Source of the DNA: Auanema rhodensis
Lineage: Eukaryota; Animalia; Nematoda
Reading direction: 5' to 3'
Assembly: GCA_964057225.1 (NCBI GenBank)
Contig: CAXKVF010000076.1
Span: 248,001-312,000 of the forward strand
Length of the DNA: 64,000 nt
Shown: positions 57,475 to 64,000 of the stretch, piece by piece
Layout: each line of letters opens with the position of its first letter
Numbering within the stretch: the stretch's first letter is position 1
Translations under genes and position numbers: made by a program
Notes under the pieces: model-generated
Told to the model about the DNA's origin: nothing
Databases searched by the model: none
The model's input: the letters and a program-made list of their open reading frames with translations, nothing else

Positions 57475-60400
57475 TCACGTAAATTTCAAAGTCATGGTTA
57501 CCATGCACCAATATCAATAAAAATTTGTTTTTAGACTAATATGGACATGGGGAATCTAATTTTGAAAACCGCATCTCTTTATCTTTCACGTGAAGCGAGT
57601 TACATACCAAGTGCACATCACGTGTACATTCAATTAGCATAAATTAAAGTTCACGTAAATTTCAAAGTCATGGTTACCATGAAGCAATATCAATAAAAAT
57701 TTGTTTTTAGACTAATATGGAAATGGGGAATCTAATTTTGAAAACCGCATCTCTTTATCTTTCACGTGAAGCGAGTTACATACCAAGTGCACATCACGTG
57801 TACATTCAATTAGCATAAATTAAAGTTCACGTAAATTTCAAAGTCATGGTTACCATGAACCAATATCAATAAAAATTTGTTTTTAGACTAATATGGACAT
57901 GGGGAATCTAATTTTGAAAACCGCATCTCTTTATCTTTCACGTGAAGCGAGTTACATACCAAATGCACATCACGTGTACATTTAATTAGCATAAATTAAA
58001 GTTCACGTAAATTTCAAAGTCATGGTTACCATGCACCAATATCAATAAAAATTTGTTTTTAGACTAATATGGACATGGGGAATCTAATTTTGAAAACCGC
58101 ATCTCTTTATTTTTCACGTGAAGCGAGTTACATACCAAGTGCACATCAAGTGTACATTTAATTAGCATAAATTAAAGTTCACGTAAATTTCAAAGTCATG
58201 GTTACCATGCACCAATATCAATAAAAATTTGTTTTTAGACTAATATGGACATGGGGAATCTAATTTTGAAAACCGCATCTCTTTATCTTTCACGTGAAGC
58301 GAGTTACATACCAAGTGCACATCACGTGTACATTTAATTAGCATAAATTAAAGTTCACGTAAATTTCAAAGTCATGGTTACCATGAACCAATATCAATAA
58401 AAATTTGTTTTTAGACTAATATGGACATGGGGAATCTAATTTTGAAAATCGCATCTCTTCATCTTTCACGTGAAGCGAGTTACATACCAAGTGCACATCA
58501 CGTGTACATTTAATTAGCATAAATTAAAGTTCACGTAAATTTCAAAGTCATGGTTACCATGCACCAATATCAATAAAAATTTGTTTTTAGACTAATATGG
58601 ACATGGGGAATCTAATTTTGAAAACCGCATCTCTTTATCTTTCACGTGAAGCGAGTTACATACCAAGTGCACATCACGTGTACATTTAATTAGCATAAAT
58701 TAAAGTTCACGTAAATTTCAAAGCCATGGTTACCATGAACCAATATCAATAAAAATTTGTTTTTAGACTAATATGGACATGGGGAATCTAATTTTGAAAA
58801 CCGCATCTCTTTATCTTTCACGTGAAGCGAGTTACATACCAAGGGCACATCACGTGTACATTTAATTAGTATAAATTAAAGTTCACGTAAATTTCAAAGT
58901 CATGGTTACCATGCACCAATATCAATAAAAATTCGTTTTTAGACTAATATGGACATGGGGAATCTAATTTTGAAAACCGCATCTCTTTATCTTTCACGTG
59001 AAGCGAGTTACATACCAAGGGCACATCACGTGTACATTTAATTAGTATAAATTAAAGTTCACGTAAATTTCAAAGTCATGGTTACCATGCACCAATATCA
59101 ATAAAAATTTGTTTTTAGACTAATATGGACATGGGGAATCTAATTTTGAAAACCGCATCTCTTTATCTTTCACGTGAAGCGAGTTACATACCAAGTGCAC
59201 ATCACGTGTACATTTAATTAGCATAAATTAAAGTTCACGTAAATTTCAAAGTCATGGTTACCATGAACCAATATTAATTAAAATTTGTTTTTAGACTAAT
59301 ATGGACATGGGCAATCTAATTTTGAAAACCGCATCTCTTTATCTTTCACGTGAAGCGAGTTACATACCAAGTGCACATCACGTGTACATTTAATTAGCAT
59401 AAATTAAAGTTCACGTAAATTTCAAAGTCACGGTTACCATGCACCAATATCAATAAAAATTTGTTTTTAGACTAATATGGACATGGGGAATCTAATTTTG
59501 AAAACCGTATCTCTTTATCTTTCACGTGAAGCGAGTTACATACCAAGTGCACATCACGTGTACATTTAATTAGCATAAATTAAAGTTCACGTAAATTTCA
59601 AAGTCATGGTTACCATGAACCAATATCAATAACAATTTGTTTTTAGACTAATATGGACATGGGCAATCTAATTTTGAAAACCGCATCTCTTTATCTTTCA
59701 CGTGAAGCGAGTTACATACCAAGTGCACATCACGTGTACATTTAATTAGCATAAATTAAAGTTCACGTAAATTTCAAAGTCATGGTTACCATGCACCAAT
59801 ATCAATAAAAATTTGTTTTTAGACTAATATGGACATGGGGAATCTAATTTTGAAAACCGCATCTCTTCATCTTTCACGTGAAGCGAGTTACATACCAAGT
59901 GCACATCACGTGTACATTTAATTAGCATAAATTAAAGTTCACGTAAATTTCAAAGTCATGGTTACCATGAACCAATATCAATAACAATTTGTTTTTAGAC
60001 TAATATGGACATGGGCAATCTAATTTTGAAAACCGCATCTCTTTATCTTTCACGTGAAGCGAGTTACATACCAAGTGCACATCACGTGTACATTTAATTA
60101 GCATAAATTAAAGTTCACGTAAATTTCAAAGTCATGGTTACCATGAACCAATATCAATAAAAATTTGTTTTTAGACTAATATGGACATGGGGAATCTAAT
60201 TTTGAAAACCGCATCTCTTCATCTTTCACGTGAAGCGAGTTACATACCAAGTGCACATCACGTGTACATTTAATTAGCATAAATTAAAGTTCACGTAAAT
60301 TTCAAAGTCATGGTTACCATGAACCAATATCAATAACAATTTGTTTTTAGACTAATATGGACATGGGCAATCTAATTTTGAAAACCGCATCTTTTTATCT

Positions 60401-62402
60401 TTCACGTGAAGCGAGTTACATACCAAGTGCACATCACGTGTACATTTAATTAGCATAAATTAAAGTTCACGTAAATTTCAAAGTCATGGTTACCATGAAC
60501 CAATATGTATAAAAATTTGTTTTTAGACTAATATGGACATGGGGAATCTAATTTTGAAAACCGCATCTCTTCATCTTTCACGTGAAGCGAGTTACATACC
60601 AAGTGCACATCACGTGTACATTTAATTAGCATAAATTAAAGTTCACGTAAATTTCAAAGTCATGGTTACCATGCACCAATATCAATAAAAATTTGTTTTT
60701 AGACTAATATGGACATGGGGAATCTAATTTTGAAAACCGCATCTCTTTATCTTTCACGTGAAGCGAGTTACATACCAAGTGCACATCACGTGTACATTTA
60801 ATTAGCATAAATTAAAGTTCACGTAAATTTCAAAGTCATGGTTACCATGAAGCAATATCAATAAAAATTTGTTTTTAGACTAATATGGACATGGGGAATC
60901 TAATTTTGAAAACCGCATCTCTTTATCTTTCACGTGAAGCGAGTTACATACCAAGTGCACATCACGTGTACATTCAATTAGCATAAATTAAAGTTCACGT
61001 AAATTTCAAAGTCATGGTTACCATGAACCAATATCAATAAAAATTTGTTTTTAGACTAATATGGACATGGGGAATCTAATTTTGAAAACCGCATCTCTTT
61101 ATCTTTCACGTGAAGCGAGTTACATACCAAGTGCACATCACGTGTACATTTAATTAGCATAAATTAAAGTTCACGTAAATTTCAAAGTCATGGTTACCAT
61201 GCACCAATATCAATAAAAATTTGTTTTTAGACTAATATGGACATGGGGAATCTAATTTTGAAAACCGCATCTCTTTATCTTTCACGTGAAGCGAGTTACA
61301 TACCAAGTGCACATCACGTGTACATTCAATTAGCATAAATTAAAGTTCACGTAAATTTCAAAGTCATGGTTACCATGAAGCAATATCAATAAAAATTTGT
61401 TTTTAGACTAATATGGAAATGGGGAATCTAATTTTGAAAACCGCATCTCTTTATCTTTCACGTGAAGCGAGTTACATACCAAGTGCACATCACGTGTACA
61501 TTCAATTAGCATAAATTAAAGTTCACGTAAATTTCAAAGTCATGGTTACCATGAACCAATATCAATAAAAATTTGTTTTTAGACTAATATGGACATGGGG
61601 AATCTAATTTTGAAAACCGCATCTCTTTATCTTTCACGTGAAGCGAGTTACATACCAAATGCACATCACGTGTACATTTAATTAGCATAAATTAAAGTTC
61701 ACGTAAATTTCAAAGTCATGGTTACCATGCACCAATATCAATAAAAATTTGTTTTTAGACTAATATGGACATGGGGAATCTAATTTTGAAAACCGCATCT
61801 CTTTATCTTTCACGTGAAGCGAGTTACATACCAAGTGCACATCAAGTGTACATTCAATTAGCATAAATTAAAGTTCACGTAAATTTCAAAGTCATGGTTA
61901 CCATGCACCAATATCAATAAAAATTTGTTTTTAGACTAATATGGACATGGGGAATCTAATTTTGAAAACCGCATCTCTTTATCTTTCACGTGAAGCGAGT
62001 TACATACCAAGTGCACATCACGTGTACATTTAATTAGCATAAATTAAAGTTCACGTAAATTTCAAAGTCATGGTTACCATGAACCAATATCAATAAAAAT
62101 TTGTTTTTAGACTAATATGGACATGGGGAATCTAATTTTGAAAATCGCATCTCTTCATCTTTCACGTGAAGCGAGTTACATACCAAGTGCACATCACGTG
62201 TACATTTAATTAGCATAAATTAAAGTTCACGTAAATTTCAAAGTCATGGTTACCATGCACCAATATCAATAAAAATTTGTTTTTAGACTAATATGGACAT
62301 GGGGAATCTAATTTTGAAAACCGCATCTCTTTATCTTTCACGTGAAGCGAGTTACATACCAAGTGCACATCACGTGTACATTTAATTAGCATAAATTAAA
62401 GT
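57475..62402 (+). repeat. Dispersed block duplication with 21-monomer (3696-bp) offset
   Basis: G137A lies at 57963/61659 and C95T+T106C at 58449/62145, with flanking C72A/T157C monomers in the same order. Confidence 0.8.
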
Positions 62403-64000
62403 TCACGTAAATTTCAAAGTCATGGTTACCATGAAGCAATATCAATAAAAATTTGTTTTTAGACTAATATGGACATGGGGAATCTAATTTTGAAAACCGC
62501 ATCTCTTTATCTTTCACGTGAAGCGAGTTACATACCAAGTGCACATCACGTGTACATTTAATTAGCATAAATTAAAGTTCACGTAAATTTCAAAGTCATG
62601 GTTACCATGAACCAATATCAATAAAAATTTGTTTTTAGACTAATATGGACATGGGGAATCTAATTTTAAAAACCGCATCTCTTTATCTTTCACGTGAAGC
62701 GAGTTACATACCAAGTGCACATCACGTGTACATTTAATTAGCATAAATTAAAGTTCACGTAAATTTCAAAGTCATGGTTACCATGAACCAATATCAATAA
62801 CAATTTGTTTTTAGACTAATATGGACATGGGCAATCTAATTTTGAAAACCGCATCTTTTTATCTTTCACGTGAAGCGAGTTACATACCAAGTGCACATCA
62901 CGTGTACATTTAATTAGCATAAATTAAAGTTCACGTAAATTTCAAAGTCATGGTTACCATGAACCAATATGTATAAAAATTTGTTTTTAGACTAATATGG
63001 ACATGGGGAATCTAATTTTGAAAACCGCATCTCTTCATCTTTCACGTGAAGCGAGTTACATACCAAGTGCACATCACGTGTACATTCAATTAGCATAAAT
63101 TAAAGTTCACGTAAATTTCAAAGTCATGGTTACCATGAACCAATATCAATAAAAATTTGTTTTTAGACTAATATGGACATGGGGAATCTAATTTTGAAAA
63201 CCGCATCTCTTTATCTTTCACGTGAAGCGAGTTACATACCAAGTGCACATCACGTGTACATTTAATTAGCATAAATTAAAGTTCACGTAAATTTCAAAGT
63301 CATGGTTACCATGCACCAATATCAATAAAAATTTGTTTTTAGACTAATATGGACATGGGGAATCTAATTTTGAAAACCGCATCTCTTTATCTTTCACGTG
63401 AAGCGAGTTACATACCAAGTGCACATCACGTGTACATTCAATTAGCATAAATTAAAGTTCACGTAAATTTCAAAGTCATGGTTACCATGAAGCAATATCA
63501 ATAAAAATTTGTTTTTAGACTAATATGGAAATGGGGAATCTAATTTTGAAAACCGCATCTCTTTATCTTTCACGTGAAGCGAGTTACATACCAAGTGCAC
63601 ATCACGTGTACATTTAATTAGCATAAATTAAAGTTCACGTAAATTTCAAAGTCATGGTTACCATGAACCAATATCAATAAAAATTTGTTTTTAGACTAAT
63701 ATGGACATGGGGAATCTAATTTTGAAAACCGCATCTCTTTATCTTTCACGTGAAGCGAGTTACATACCAAGTGCACATCACGTGTACATTTAATTAGCAT
63801 AAATTAAAGTTCACGTAAATTTCAAAGTCATGGTTACCATGCACCAATATCAATAAAAATTTGTTTTTAGACTAATATGGACATGGGGAATCTAATTTTG
63901 AAAATCGCATCTCTTTATCTTTCACGTGAAGCGAGTTACATACCAAGTGCACATCAAGTGTACATTTAATTAGCATAAATTAAAGTTCACGTAAATTTCA

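Larger units (their letters stand above)
1..64000 (+). repeat. 176-bp tandem satellite array, about 364 monomers, candidate centromeric/pericentromeric satellite
   Basis: TCACGTAAATTTCAAAG recurs at 1, 177, 353 ... 2641 (15x176+1), 5281. After four 1-bp deletions it recurs at 13021 and every 2640 bp to 52621, and after a 74-bp deletion at 56771, 59411, 62051 and 63987. All copies are in the same orientation with no unique sequence. The centromeric role is inferred from size and homogeneity only. Confidence 0.99.

Noticed and set aside
1-64000. CRISPR array or other repeat-spacer system
   Set aside because: There are no unique spacers: the entire 176 bp is repeated, and no cas or other genes are present.
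1-64000. Rolling-circle concatemer or sequencing artefact of a single 176-bp circle
   Set aside because: Variants are shared, linked and hierarchically ordered, which indicates genomic duplication history rather than random read error.
1-64000. Information-bearing 'code' in the order of monomer variants
   Set aside because: The order is adequately explained by nested duplication and conversion, and nothing supports a readout function.

Overview
The whole 64 kb window is one uninterrupted, single-orientation, head-to-tail tandem array (satellite DNA) of a 176-bp AT-rich monomer (57/176 = 32% GC by hand count). It holds about 364 units plus a 14-bp partial unit, and the array runs off both ends. 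Copies typically differ from the consensus by 0-4 substitutions. Register tracking shows only five indels: four copies of the same 1-bp deletion (6415, 7646, 9757, 10812) and one 74-bp deletion (junction 54346/54347). I see no genes, RNA genes, transposon insertions, inversions or CRISPR spacers. The single 60-aa ORF is a chance read-through of a mutated stop codon. Monomer size and homogeneity fit a eukaryotic centromeric or pericentromeric satellite, but this is inference and I cannot assign an organism or family. The structure of interest is (i) a monomer densely built from dyad symmetries and E-box (CACGTG) motifs, (ii) a variant spectrum in which many changes, including two multi-nucleotide changes, perfect local inverted or direct repeats, suggesting templated mutagenesis, and (iii) nested, irregular higher-order repeats arranged in three haplotype domains. 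Monomer positions (m) below are numbered as in window 1-176. All counts were made by eye and need computational confirmation.
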